A DNA stretch of 64,000 nt from Leucoraja ocellata (Eukaryota). Every line of letters starts with the position of its first letter. Positions within the stretch are counted from its first letter, which is position 1. Below are positions 12,456 through 26,455 of this stretch, piece by piece. Where the stretch lies: positions 9,734,001-9,798,000 of the forward strand of contig JAWMAR010000003.1 in the NCBI GenBank assembly GCA_036785375.1, read 5' to 3'. The notes beneath the pieces are model-generated. The model saw only the letters and a list, made by a program, of their open reading frames with translations. It searched no databases and had not been told where the DNA came from. The position numbers were made by a program, and so were the translations under genes.

Positions 12456-15400
12456 CATTGTGATTTGTAATTAATATCTAAACATTCCTCAGGTTCCAAG
12501 TACTGACCGAAAGGTATGATTATGATTTTAATTGTCAGATAAAAATGACCATAGTGAAGATGCAAGTAGAAATGGAACATTTTTGCTTTATTCTTGCAAA
12601 AATGAGCATCTATCGATTGAAATATAGCTTTTAATCTATGTTCATTGTATTTTAGCATCTCGTGTTTTATATGGTTATTTGCTTACTTTGTGCACTCTGT
12701 TGGCTTAGCATTCATGTTCAGAAATTAATTCACGATTAATGAATGCATTTATCAACTGTAATTTAAATGAGCATATAGGTTTTTAACAAACATATACTAA
12801 TAATTTATGAATACAGCCAATTTAGTTTCAAAAGCAACATGCAATAAAGCTGGCACACCGTTGACTTTCACAATATTTTATAGAATACCTTTTGAGTTCA
12901 AAGTTTGTTTTTCTATCAAGCCAATGATATAAAGTTGAAATAATGAATGAGTGAAGTTGTGAGTAAATTTTCAGTAGAATTCTGTGTCTGTAGCATTTCT
13001 AATGGGGCCCCGAGCCTGTCTTGGAAGCCTGAAATTCTGTTATTAATTGAGATTCAGAAACTCGTAATTCCAACCTGAATAGGCACAGTGGTCTCGTAGC
13101 TTATAGCTCCGAGCATGCTTTGTGCCTCCAGCTGACAATATTTTTTATATATGATTGATGGATACATGTATTGTTTGCTGAGCATGTTTCATCTTGTTGT
13201 TGATAAACTCTATCCATTTTTCCAGTCCCATTTATCCAAAAATAGTGCTGTTCAAAACATGGAAGGAAATTATGAGCACTGAATTTAAATATATTAATTC
13301 TCCTAAAAAGATTATATTTATATGCCTGAACACTTTATTTTATTTTGAGGTTACAGGGAAAACTAACTCTACTGTACTTTAGCTCATTACCTTCCACATT
13401 GGTTGGTTATAACATCAGAGAGTTGAACAAATGAGAAGAAAATGAATGAGTAGGATTGGACAGGACAAGATCATGTGAGTCTTTATATCTCCTAATTAAT
13501 TAAAAATGCCCACTAACAATCCATTCACAATATCCTGAAACTCAGAAACAAATGGGGAGATCAAAATAATTAAATGCAGTACCTATAGCACAGTCTTTGA
13601 ACAAAACGATGACACATCATTTTCTGTTTCTGTCAACAACCACTGGACAGAAAGCAGTAACCTTACTCCATTGCCAGAAGTTCCAGCTGTTGAGATGGCA
13701 GATTGCATGAATATAAATATTCAGTGCTCAGTTTTCAGTCCATTAGTGCACAACAGTTACCAGGGTTTATATTTCCTCTGTATGCAAATGAATGGTGATT
13801 CCCAGGAAATTATTATGCTATTGGAGACCAAATTCCAAGTTCAGAATGTGATTACTTGAATCTCTGCCAGTCAAGAGAATTGTTCCATCAAACACTAGTT
13901 ATATCTAATAGTGTTGCCTGTTCAGTGCAGTCAAACCAATTATCGGGACTAAAAAGTAGGTTTTAACAGTAATAAAGTTGTCCTGTGATGAATTACAGTG
14001 ATGGGGTGAAACCCTACCAGATGCATTTGTTACATGAATGCCAGCATACCATAAATACCAAGATACATGAAACAGCAACAAAATATTTCATATTCTAAAT
14101 CTGTAGTTCTGTGTTTTACAGTGAGCAAACCATGTACGGTGTGTGTAGCATTCTCCAGATACTCACAATCTAGAATCCAATTACCTATCAACAAATTATG
14201 GGTCCTATCTTTGGGTGGCAGCCAGCAAATTTCTTCTGTCAGTGCCTATAGTATGCTCAAAAATAATATGCCATTTTTTTTTTTGTTAGAACACTTTATT
14301 TTGATGGTGTAACTTACCTTGCACATCAATTTTTAATTATTTGTTGCTTGATCAGGGTCTCTTAATATGCTTCCTCATCAAAAAACGAATTCACTACAAA
14401 ATGCTATCAAGCATTTGAGGATGATCTCGGGTCCATGGAAGGCATGAAAGAAACTGTGTTACTGTTTTTTTATCTATCATCTAATTGTGTTATTTATGCT
14501 CATACCCAGCTGGTATACATTCTATCAATCTTGTGTGCGCTTCTATATGTACTTTTGTTGTTTTACTCTGGCGCATGATTCAGTTTGCTGGTTGTTAATG
14601 CCTTTCACAAATCTAACATATATATTCTGCAAGAGGAAGTTGTCCCTCCTCTGGGAGATTTATAACCTGGGGAAATAGATTAAGTAGTAGTCATTAATAT
14701 CTCCATAAAAATATAGAGAGAAGCCATGGTATTACTGATGCATTAGAATGTGCTTTAAGTGGGGCTTTGCTTTGTGATATTCTACAAATTCTGGGTCTGA
14801 TGTATCAAACTTCCATCTGTTATGGATATTTACTCGGATTGTATATCTATCTGAGTTTCTGTCAGAGTACATCTATATTAACCTGTTGGAGGATAAACCT
14901 TGTGGAAAAGTAGACTGGATACATTTAAAATATGATTGCTGTACTACCCTTAGATTTTGGAATGTAGTTGACTTAATGTTTATTTATTTCGAATGAACCA
15001 AAAACTCCAAACTTTGAACAAATAGTTATATAATGCAAGTTTGCACATGTGGTTTAATGTAAAGTAATCAGTTAATACAGTTTTTTGTCAAAGGTTGCGC
15101 ATGCGGTGGGTATTAACCTTCTCTGAGAGATCGAACGCTAATGCTGTATGTAGCCTGTTGTACATCTCACTGGATGTTCCTTTGAATTTATGGAAATCAA
15201 AATGAAGTAGGTGCTTAATGGACATTTGATGATGCAGATGATGTGCTGTAGTCAGTTTTATTCTCAGCTATTTAAGTTAATGGCCATTCTTTCTTTATAA
15301 ATTTCTTAAGCAAATAAGACATACTGTTCACTGTCAGAACCACATTACGGCCTCTATATTTTCAGCCTTGCCAGTATTTTGAGCTCACAATAGGTTTTGT

Positions 15401-16476
15401 ATTAATCAACAACTGTTTTGAGCAAAATAAGCCTGTGGCCTCTCCGCCATGCTCCCAAACCAGTCCCCACTCCCAGTTCAAAATTTGTTTTAAAAGAAGT
15501 GCTGCATTTCAACAAGAAAAATAACTGAGAGGGAAGAGATAATAAATTTGGCATGCTTTGTGCCTCTCTTGTGGATATGGTTCTTAACATCCCACGTTTG
15601 CCTTTTAAGTACATGATATCAAAGATGTATGCCTCATAATTCGTCCTCGGTTAGTCTTACTAAATATGCTACAAAGTAGCATTTATGCATTGTATTCTGC
15701 CTCTGAAATTTATTCATTTTACTTCATTGCATTGGTACTACAGTGTATTGTGTTACGTGCTGCCAACTGGGAATTTGTATCTTGGCATCAGTCTTTGATT
15801 CTGACTTGCCTGAGTCACCTCCGTTCACATGCACTGGCATGCTCAAGTGTCATTACTACAATACACTACCATTCTGGGATTGGATCTGGAGAGAGTTGCA
15901 GTGATTCTGTTGGGTATCTTAGCACAAACTCTTTGTCCTCTCTGCCCTCTTTTGATAGTAAGCTACAAAGTTCTAACCAATAGTTATTATATCCATTCTA
16001 CACTCTAGCAATGATGGTTTGCTACTTTCCTACTGGTTAAAACTTCAACTCCATAAAATACTTGCTTTTAAATTTGGAACTATCACACACTTTTATCATT
16101 GTTTCACATGAAAATCTTAACAATTTGCCTTTTCCTTTTCTGTTTTCTGCAACTATTTTGCATTAAAAAAAAATCACGCAAATTCAGACACTGATGAGAA
16201 GGGTCCTTTAGTATCTAATATTTTTCCACTTTATAATGTATGTTTTTACTGAAGTTGATGAAGGGAAATATATCCAATCTTCTGAGTTAATTACAAAACA
16301 GACTGCAACCAAAGGCAAAACACAGAGATTGCTCAGGACACACGGAGTTTGTAGACAATATAATTGCATGAAGAGTGAAAGAAACTTGTTTGCAAGAAAT
16401 ACCTATGCTTTTGCCCTTCCTATCATGCATTTATAATTGGAGCAGTCATCAGTCTTGGTATTTGGAATATTTGCTG

Positions 16477-16781
16477 TTAGACTAGACAGAAACAGTGCAG
16501 AAACAGGCCATTCAGCCCACCGAGTCTGCGCCAACAAGCGATCTACTCGTACACAAGCACTGTCCTATATACTTGGGATAATTCACAATTTTAACAAAAC
16601 CAATTAGCCTACAAACCTGTACGTCTTTGGAGTGTGGGAAGAAAACAGAGCACCCCGAGAAAACCCACTTGGTCACAAGAAGAACGTACAAACTCCGTAC
16701 AGACAGCACCCGTAGTCAGGATCGAACCCAGGAACCTGGCGGTGTAAGGCAGCAACTCTGCTGCTGTGCCACTGTGCCGCC
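16477..16781 (-). mobile_element. tRNA-derived SINE (HE1/V-SINE-like)
   Basis: Minus strand: ggcggcacagtggcacagcagcagagttgctgcc...ggttcgatcctgac (A/B box), central body ttctcggggtgctctgttttcttcccacactccaaagac, CR1-like tail. Confidence 0.88.
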
Positions 16782-17399
16782 AGTGGTGGACAGTAATTAG
16801 CTTCATTTTGGCTGACATTTTATTGTATCCTACAACTGTGCGCCACAAAACAAATTGTTAACCTCTGTAATAAATATTTTGGGTAATATGTTATTTTGAT
16901 GCATGAATTTCTTTAGCTTGGTATTAACTGGTCTAATGTATGATGTTAACAAAGGGGAAATAAAAAATAATTTATTTAGAATGGTGCTGATGAAAATCCC
17001 AATGTCCAATCTGAAAGGATGCTGGTGATAATAAAACAAATACTCTTTGAAATTGTTGTATTGTTGATGATTTGACAAATACCTCATCTACTTAGTGCCA
17101 GCTTTGTTGAATTTAAGAGCCTACAGACCCATCATTATGAGGAAATTCGATCCATTTAATTTTATCAAGACTTAGTAAACAGGTCACTAAGGACATATAA
17201 CGTCATTTCGTCCATGATGGATTGAAGTACAGTCAATCACTAATGCAATAAATGCAATAGAGGGAGGTGCGGATTTCAACTGATTCATCATCTTTCCAGC
17301 TGGCAATATAATTCAGATTCAGATTCAACTTTAATTGTCATTGGCAGTGTACAGTACAGAGACAACGAAATGCAGTGGCCTTTACATAGTGACTTGAAA

Positions 17400-20300
17400 G
17401 CTATTAGCTAGCTGACTTCTATGGCTGTCCTCTCCGCTCTTTGGACAATCATCAGCTGACCAACGACCTGAATGAGTTCTACTGCAGGTTTGACAAGCAA
17501 AAACGTAACCCTGGTACCCCCTCCCCAACAAACACAGCCAGACCCCAGTCTGCAAAGAATGGACCCTTCTGCACCCACTCCTCCCCATTCACCACTTAGA
17601 GCAAGACTCCAGTCTGAAAAGACTGTACCCTTTCCCACCCACCCCTCTCCAATCACCACTTCACACCGTCTGCACCGTCTGTGCTGCACAACATCACCTC
17701 CATCATCACCAGTAAAATAGAGGTGGAGAGGTTGTTCAGAAGACAGAAAAGCCAGAAATCTCCAGGACCTGACAATGTTTCCCAAGCTCTGTGCCAAACA
17801 GCTGGCACCGGTCTTCACAGACATTTTTAACCAGTCCCTGCAAACCTGTACTGTCCCTTCCTGTTTCAAAGTCTCCACTATTGTCCCTGTACCCCAAAAG
17901 GTAAGGATTACTGGTCTTAATGACTACAGGCTTGTCGCACTGACCTCATGAAGACCCTTGAAAGGCTTGTGCTGGCCAAGCTGAAAAATATCATGAGGAG
18001 CATGAGCCTGAGGAGCTGGAGCCTCTGCAGTTTGCATATCAGGCCAATAGATCAGTGGATGACGCAGTCAACCTATGCCTGCACTTCATTCTCCAGCACC
18101 TAGACCAGGGGACCTATGCTAGGATTTTGTTCGTTGATTTAAGCTCTGCATTCAACACCATTGTGCAAGAGCTACTACACTCCAAACTTTCCGAGTTGAC
18201 TGTGCCTGAACCCCTTTGTCGGTGGATCACCAGCTTCCTGACAGACAAGAAGGAGCATGTGAGGCTGGGAAAGCACATCTTGGACCCGCAAACCTTCAGC
18301 ATAGGAGCACCGCAAGGCTGCGTACTCTCCCCTCTCCTCTACTCTCTCTACACCAATGACTGCGCCTTCACTGACTCCTCTGTCAAGCTTCTCAAGTTGC
18401 GGACGACACAACCCTGATTGGACTGATCCAGGATGGGGAGGAATCTGCCTACAGACAGGAAGTATCACAGCTGGCGTCCTGGTGCCATTGCAACAACCTG
18501 GAGCTCAATGCTCTTAAGACAGTGGAATTGATTGTAGACTTTAGGAAAGCTCCCCCTCCCCTCACGCCACTCACCATCAACAACACCACAATCACATAAG
18601 TGGAGTCTTTTAAGTTCCTGGGAACCATCATCTCCAAGGACCTTAAGTGGGGGGTTACCATCGACTCCACCGTCAAAAAGACACAACAGAGGATGTACTT
18701 CATGTGGCAGCTGAGGAAGCACAATCTGCCACAGGCAATGATGGTCCAATTCTATACGGCCATCTTAGAGTGTGTCCTCAACTTCTCCATCATGGTCTGG
18801 TTTGGCTCGGCCACTAAGCATGACATCGGAGGCTGCAGCGAATCATCCAATCAGCTGAGAAGGTTATTTGCAGCAACCTTCCCTCCATTGACGAACTGTA
18901 CACTGCAAGGGCCAGGAAGCGAGCGGGTAAGGTCATCTCTGACCACTCTCACCCTGGCCCAAACTCAATGACTTCCCTCTGGAAGGCGACTGCGGACTGT
19001 CAAAGCTGCCATAGTCAGACATAAAAACAGCTTTTTTTCCACGATGTAAATAAGCAAACTGTACAATCTGGGGTTCAAGATCATCTTTAATCGGTACTCA
19101 TATACAGCGGTACAGCAGGTTGTTAGTTGTTAGTTCATCGTTACCGCTTCCAAGTCTGACTAGTGTAGGAAGTGTGTGTTAGTATGAATCATACAGTAAG
19201 GTGGGGTTAGTGGAGTTATTCTACTATGATTGGTTCACATGCAATAACCAATCTACATCCTTCCCCGTAAAGAGCGAATATAGTTCAACACACATGCAAC
19301 TTAGAATTCAAACATACTCGCCATATCGGTCAGGCGGCCTACTAATACGGCACAAACGCGTACGGACTAACCCCTCTCCCTCTTTGCCAGAAAAGTTAGA
19401 GGGAGGCAGTGAACCCGGAAGTGAGAAAGCAGCAGGGGACACTCGTGGTGACCAACAGGGGGAGCATGCGGGAGAGGCAGTGTTGTTGTTAGTCATATCC
19501 GCCGGTCGTGGTGGAGTAAGGGACATGCTGGAACTAGTGGTGGCCACGGCAGCAGATGGCTGGAACAGTAGAGGTGGAGCGAAAGGATCGGCTGATGGGG
19601 GACGTGGTTCCTTCACAGACAGCAAGTGTTGGTGGCTGCGTCGGTACAAGGCGCCATCGATGTCAACAAGGTAGGATAAGGGTTCTTTGGACGGGCGAAC
19701 AACGCAACCTAGACGGGAATGTTCCACAGTAGTTTGCAAATGGACGAATTGGCCCGGCAATAGTGGTTTAAGTGGTTTGCTGGACTTGTCATGTGATCGT
19801 TTCTGGGTGTTGTGTTTCTCCTGGATGTGCTTCTGGATCATGGATGGTTACAGCACCTGTGGCACCAGCTTCTGCTGGGCAATTGCTATCAGAGGTCGCG
19901 TTGTTCTGGAGATCAGGCGTTGGGCTGGTGAGCCCAGGACCCCATCTCTAGGGATGTTTCTGAGGTTTAAAAGGTCGGGGTACACATCCGACTTGGCTAG
20001 GTGGGCGCTTTTCACGCTTCTGATGGCCCATTCAGCGAGCCCGTTACTTTGTGGGTATTCGGGGCTGCTCGTGACATGGTGAAAATTCCATTGGTTGGCG
20101 AAGTGTTTGAAGGCGTGGCTGGTAAATTGTCTTCCGGTGTTGGTTTGCAAGTGGACGGGTGCGTCAAATGTGGAGAAGTGTCTCTGTAGCTTTTGAATTA
20201 CCATTTCTGATGTGATAAAGGGCAGTAAGTCATGTTCGAACCAGTTAGAATAGGAGTCGACCAGGACTAGATAATGTTTACCATGCCATTCGAAAATGCC

Positions 20301-21695
20301 TGCCGCCAGCGATGTCCAGGGCAGTGCTGGTGGACGTTGTTGTAGCAGGGACTGTCTCTGTTGGTGAGGCGCCAGGCTCTTGCAGATGGGGCAGGAGGCT
20401 GTCTTGTCCCGTATGTACTTGGCCATGCCAGGCCAGTAAAACATATTCTGTGCATGGGCCAGCGTGGCATCGGTGCCTGGGTGGCCGCTGTGTGCCTCTT
20501 TGTAGTATTCGTCACGTAATGATGAAGGGATCACGACTTTGTGGCCCTTATCTATGACACCGTCCTGTATTACCAGTTCATCACGGACTAAGATGAACGG
20601 CTGCACCTCCAGGGGTGTGCTGGATTGCCTGTCTGGCCAGCCTCTTTTGATTATGGATGAGAGTAGCTGGAGAGTGGCGTCGGCGGCTGTGAGTTCGGCT
20701 AGACGGCGCAATCGTTCCGTGGGAACGAAGTCAATGCTGAGAACCGTAAACTCGTCCCGTTCATAGGGGTGTCGTTCACTGGATGCTCGTGGTGCATGAG
20801 AGCGGGTGTCAGCAACGAGCATGTCTTTACCCTTCTTGTAAACAATTTTGAAGTCGAATCGATGGAGCTGCATCATCATACGCTGCGTCATCATACGGTG
20901 CTGCGTGTATAGGTTTATTGAGGATGGTCACAAGAGGTTGGTGGTTTGTTTCAACTGTGAAAACCTTCCCAAAGATAAAGTCCTTGAATTTAGAACATGC
21001 GAAGACCACAGTCAGCAGCTCTTTCTCGATCTGTGCGTAGCGCTGCTCTGTGTCCGTCATGGACGGTTGGTGTATATTCAAAGGTCCGAGCTCTCATCAT
21101 GGCTTCGGGTCCTGCCAGGTTAAGTAGGAGGGAATGTCCTACAGTAGTTTGCAAACGGACGACTTGGCCCGGTAGTAGTGGTTTAAGTGGGTTGTTGGAC
21201 TTGTCATGTGATCGTTTCTGGATGTCATGTTTCTCCTGGTCTCCACTTCTGACACCATGTACATAAGCAAACTGTACAATCTGGGGTTCAAGATCATCTT
21301 TAATCGGTACTCATATACAGCGATACAGCAGGTTGTTAGTTGTTAGTTCATCGTTACCGCTTCCAAGACTGACCAGTGTAGGAAGTGTGTGTTAGTATGA
21401 ATCATACAGTAAGGTGGGGTTAGTGATGCTATTCCACAATGACTGTTTCACATGCAATAACCAATCTACACATGAGTAGTAGCTCTACTCAATAACCAAA
21501 AATCTGTAGCCTCCTTTTGCTCTGGTATTTTATTTAATTCACATGTTTAATCAATAATGTTTTATTATTTTATTAATGTTTAATGTTTTATGTATCATTC
21601 TTAACCGTCACTGTTTGTCATGTTGTCACTTGCGGGTGGAGCACCAAGGCAAATTTCTTGTATGTGAATACTTGGCCAATAAACTTATTTATTCT
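17400..21695 (+). mobile_element. Rex1/Babar-type LINE, degraded, split by LTR element at 19045-21470
   Basis: RT motifs [56 protein letters not shown]; sequence resumes after the TSD to 3' tail ttggccaataaactt. Confidence 0.9.
19045..21470 (-). mobile_element. Internally deleted Gypsy LTR retrotransposon (RNase H end + integrase only)
   Basis: 213-bp LTRs 19045-19257 and 21258-21470 (TG..CA); TSD cacga/catga; PBS TGGTGTCAGAAGTGG (tRNA-Leu CAA); PPT ACGGGGAAGGA; ORF 19848-20894 has HHCC and a degenerate integrase core (PQSNGLAE). Confidence 0.95.
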
Positions 21696-24600
21696 TGATA
21701 ACTCGGCCTTAAAGCTACTGAAATTTCCTGATTGTCATTATCCATTCAGAGGTTCTGGGTCTTCATGCTGGATGTATGCTGTAATGTGCACTTACTCAGT
21801 CATGGCAAAACTGAAGTCATCTCTTCAGCCGCCTTAAGAAACTGCATCTTCCCTCTTCTCATTTCTATTCATAGTTTAGCATTAGAGTCATGAAGGGTCA
21901 TTGATCTGAAACATTGACTCTCTTTCTCCGGCACAAATACTGTTCCACTTGCAAAGTATTTCTGGCATTTCCTGTTTTTATTTCAGTTCTATTTTTGCTT
22001 TTGGAAGACTTTCTGACAACATGTTCCAAAGATAGGGACTGAGCATATTTTGGTAGTAATCTGATTTGCATATTTACTGGTAAACTATTTCCTGGTTTAT
22101 GGCCAGCTGCAGATTATTTTATGAGGTGAGTGATTCCCAGGTTTATATTTAATTGCAACAGAAAATTTGTCTGACCTACTGAGTTCTCACAGCAGTTTTT
22201 TGTTCAAGGTTGATGCATCTGCGGTCTTGTGTATCTCCATGTTAATGCTCTGACAGCTCCTTCCATGGCCACAACTTATATGACTTAGCATAACAAGGTT
22301 AGTAGGCACAGATGAACACCTCGCCTTCATATTACCAGACTGACGTGGGAAAGTACATTCATGACTGAAATATCATTGAGTCCGAATATTTTAACTCCCT
22401 CTACAATGGTACAATACTTTAACTCCTTCTACAAAAGGAGTGACTTCAGAAGGACTGCAGTGGTTTAAGAAAATCACCTTCGCCATTTCTGTCGCTATCA
22501 GGAATAGTCAATCAAAGCTAGACCATCTGGTGAGACTCAGATCATGAAAGATAAATATTTAAAAAATGAATACATTTTGTTAATGATAATGCCCCAGTAC
22601 TTTTTGCGAAGAATCAACAATAACTTTTTGGTCAGTTTAATGCAGCCGTTTAATGTAATACTTTCTAGTTAGATTCATGAAGCAAAACCAACACAACACA
22701 ATTCAGTTGCTGTTGCCAGCACCCATTCTTCAAAGTAAGCAGTACCTTGAACACAATTCATGCATAGTTTTACTTGCAGTACTTTATGAGGTCAGTCTAA
22801 CATTTTTGTTACAAAGAGCCAGGTAGGAAAGAAACCAGATTAAATGAGATGATATCAATCTGCCAGAGAATTGCATCTTGATGCAAACATCTGACCAAGA
22901 GAAACCACACAGCAAAGTCGTATCAACTGAGACACAATTTTATTGTTTATAGACCAGTTGGATGAGGCTTAAAAATACTTGTCGGGTTTGGAATCATGCC
23001 AATTTGTTTGAATGGATAATCCACGCCCTGTTTTTGTCTGATTTCTGTAAACTGGCTGAGAAATGTAAAAGCCTGGCTCACAAATGCTGTTGGGGAAATG
23101 AGCTTGAGATAATTTCCAATGATTCCTCGTTCATTATTTTTGATTATTTTCATCTGTTGGCTTTCAAAGTCTCAAAACAGTACACTGTTACATTTTTTAA
23201 AATTCTTGCACATCAGAAATACAGATACATTTTCATTCCGTTCATTGATTTACAAATTAAAATCAAGCAGAGTTTACAATAGTTGGCTAGTTTGCAAAGT
23301 TAGTTTTATGCCTGGTGGCAATTTGGAAGTCTGCCTTTGTATTCTTTTCAATCAAGAAGAATTCTCATGCCAAATATGTATACTTTTTTTATGTTCATCT
23401 TCATATCTCTTTATTCTTTACAAATCTCAAAAGTTGTATACCTTTCCATGAATTGAAATAACATTAGTTTCCACATGTTGTAACGGGTGGAAGCATCATG
23501 GTGACACTACAGATAGTACTGTCGGCTATAGCTAAAAAAACAAATGGGTTCAGTTCTGATTGAAATGTAGAGTTTGCATATTCTACCTGTGACTGGGTTT
23601 TTTCCAGGAGCTCTGGATACCTCCTACATGCAATGAGGTTAATTGGGTACTGCAGAAAGTGCCCCTTGTGTAAGATGGGTGGTGAGAGGATTGTTTTAGG
23701 GAGGAGTTGATGAGGATGTAAGAGGTAACATAGGTATGGTGTAGATGGTGCCCATTGTTGGACTCTGCGCATGTGGTTGGCTGATGGGTTTGTTTCATAT
23801 AATGTGATCTCTAGCTGTAAAATGTGCGGGAATGTGATCAGGCAGAGCTTGAATTTTTGGTATCAGCACAAGCATGATGGATTGTCTCATTTTGTGCTAT
23901 AAATTTCTGTGTTTCTATGTTGTATGTTCCCAATGTCAACTTTAGCCTCCAGCTTTAATATTTTCATCACATATATTTCCTTTACAAGTCCTATTCTGTT
24001 AATTATAGTTTTGCTTTTCTTAAATATCAAATATAAATATCCCATGCATTCTTCCTACATACATTAGAACTATGTTTAACTTGCTCGACAATGTAACGGC
24101 TGACTTACACTATACCCACAATGAGGTTTTGAGAAGCAAATGTGTTTTTGAAAAATATTTACTACATAATCAAAGTATCCAGTCAAAATGAAACAATTTT
24201 CTCTATTAATTGAATATAAAATATACTCTCTATCTTGATTCATAGTTAAAACAAGCTATTCTGAGCTAGTGAAGAATATTTGTGAAGCTGGCTTTGGAAT
24301 ATTAGGGTACACTTGTCCTGATTCCCCCACGATATGTATGAGATAATTTCAATTGTTTTAATTGCGGCACTACTTTATTGTTTGGGATTGCCTGGTTTTC
24401 GTTTCCTATTTTTAGTTCTCACTCCTTTCCTGTTGGAATTTTGCTGTACACAGCCGACAAGGGCTTGAGATGGAAGTTAATTTGAGGATTCAAAGGTGAT
24501 CCATGGTTTGGAGGAGAAAATTAATGGATATGTAGTTCATATCGGAAATAGAAAGTGTGATTTTATCTTTTGTTGCGCCAGAGAGTCATAGAAAATTTGC

Positions 24601-24734
24601 AAATTAGAGGAAGCAATTCAGCCATCAATTCTATGCCACCTTCTTCCAGAGTAAACTACTCCGTCTGATTTCTCTCTGTCTTTGACAGAAGATGGCAATT
24701 ATTTTCTTTCATGCCTACCAGTTCTATTTAAAAA

Positions 24735-25203
24735 TTCTTGCTGTTGAGGGAGTGCAGTCCCCGGGATGGCAGGACTGACATATGATGAAAGAATGGATCG
24801 ATTGGGCTTATTCACTGGAATTTAGAGGGATGAGAGGATATCTTCTAGAAACATATAAAATTCTTAAGGGATTGGACAGGCTAGATGCAGGAAAAAATGT
24901 TCCCGTTGTTGGGGGAGTCCAGAACCAGAGGTCACAGTTTAAGAATAAGAGGTAGGCCATTTAGGACTGAGATGAGGAAAAACATTTTCACCCAGAGAGT
25001 TGTGAATCTGTGGAATTCTTTGCCACAGAAGGCAGTGGAGGCCAATTCACTGGATGTTTTCAAGAGAGAGTTAGATTTAGTTCTTAGGGCTAGCGGAATC
25101 AAGGAATATGGGGAGAAATCAGGAACAGGGTACTGATTTTGGATGATCAGCTATGATCATATTGAATGGCCTACTCCTTCACCTATTTTCTATGTTTCTA
25201 TGT
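24735..25203 (+). mobile_element. CR1 LINE 3' fragment
   Basis: ESRTRGHSLRIRGRPFRTEMRKNIFTQRVVNLWNSLP; tail tattttctatgtttctatgt. Confidence 0.92.
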
Positions 25204-25759
25204 AACTCTGATGCTTCCCACCCTTGCATGCAGTGAACACCAAGTTGTCACCAGTTCCTGCATAAGAAAAAAATCCTCTCATCCCTATGATCTTTTGCCT
25301 GACACTTTAAACCAGTGTCCCATGCCCTTGAAATAATAGGAACAGGTTCTCCTCACTTGGTCTATCAAAGCAAATCATTATTTTGTATACACTGTCAAAT
25401 GTCTTTCCAACCTCCTATACTCCACGAAGATCAACACAAACCTCTCCATTTTAATCTCATAGTTCAAGTACCTCATCTATCGAACCAGTCTAATAATTGT
25501 CGTATCCACCCTCTCTTGAACCCTGCAGCGTTCTGTTGACTAGAATTGTACATAATTGTACATAGTTGTTAGTTGTGTGGTATTTTATGAACCTTCTGCA
25601 TAACCTTCTACATTGTACTTGGTGTTTGTATTTGAGGCATAGAATCCCATATTTGTTATTAAGTGCGGCCCTGACAATTAACTTTCAAATGTTTATATGC
25701 ATGTATAACCAAGTTGCTCTCTTCCTGCACACCCTTTTGAACACCATTCAATCTTCACT

Positions 25760-26455
25760 TTCTCTTTGCATTGGCGAGACAAAGCATAAATGAAGCTACC
25801 ATTTCAGCTAAAACTTGCACTCTGTACACCAAGGCCTGCGGGCGCTCTCAGTTGCTAACTATTTAACTATGTTTTTCATTCCCATACTAACCTTACTCTC
25901 CTGAACACCTTCCAGTGTCAGATTGAGGCCAAATGTAAATTGGATGAGCGTACCTCATATGTGACTTGGGTGACTTAGAACACAATGGTATGAACATTGA
26001 ATTCTCCAATTTCAAGTAATACTCCTGCCTGGTGCGCACACATTTCTCCCACCAAGCCAGTCACCTTGCTCTCCCCTCCTTTGTGTACTCATTTCCCACT
26101 CTGGTCCCACCATTCCCTTTTATCCCCCCCACATCCCGCTCCCCTCTTGCCTTCGAACTATATCCTTTCATCCCTCCAGCTCCAACTTTCACTTCCTTCT
26201 TTCATTATCTGGCACACTTTTGTCTCATTTTTACCTCAAACCGTTGTTGTATATTCCACCCATCTGATAATCAACCCCCCTCCCCTCCCCTTACTTGTAT
26301 CCACCTATCACTTGTCAGGCTTTGTCTCACCCCCCCCTTCTCTTCTCCAGCTTTCTCTCTATTCCAATCAGTTTAAAGAAGGGACGACTAAAAACATCAC
26401 TGGTCCATTCCCTCCATAGATGGTGACTGGCTTGCTGGGTTCCTCCAGCATTACA
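25760..26455 (+). mobile_element. Penelope-like element relic (GIY-YIG endonuclease end + pLTR)
   Basis: Degenerate IGETK.. and ..GMNIEFSNFK* (ggtatgaacattgaattctccaatttcaagtaa), pyrimidine-rich spacer, decayed hammerhead/pLTR tail. Confidence 0.7.

Noticed and set aside
15086-15095. NRF1-like motif tgcgcatgcg
   Set aside because: Isolated motif without supporting CpG context.
16700-16781. tRNA-like A/B boxes (also 48220, 55100)
   Set aside because: SINE heads, not tRNA genes; no cloverleaf.
25997-26419. 140-aa Pro/Ser/Leu-rich ORF
   Set aside because: Low-complexity pyrimidine tract of the Penelope relic.
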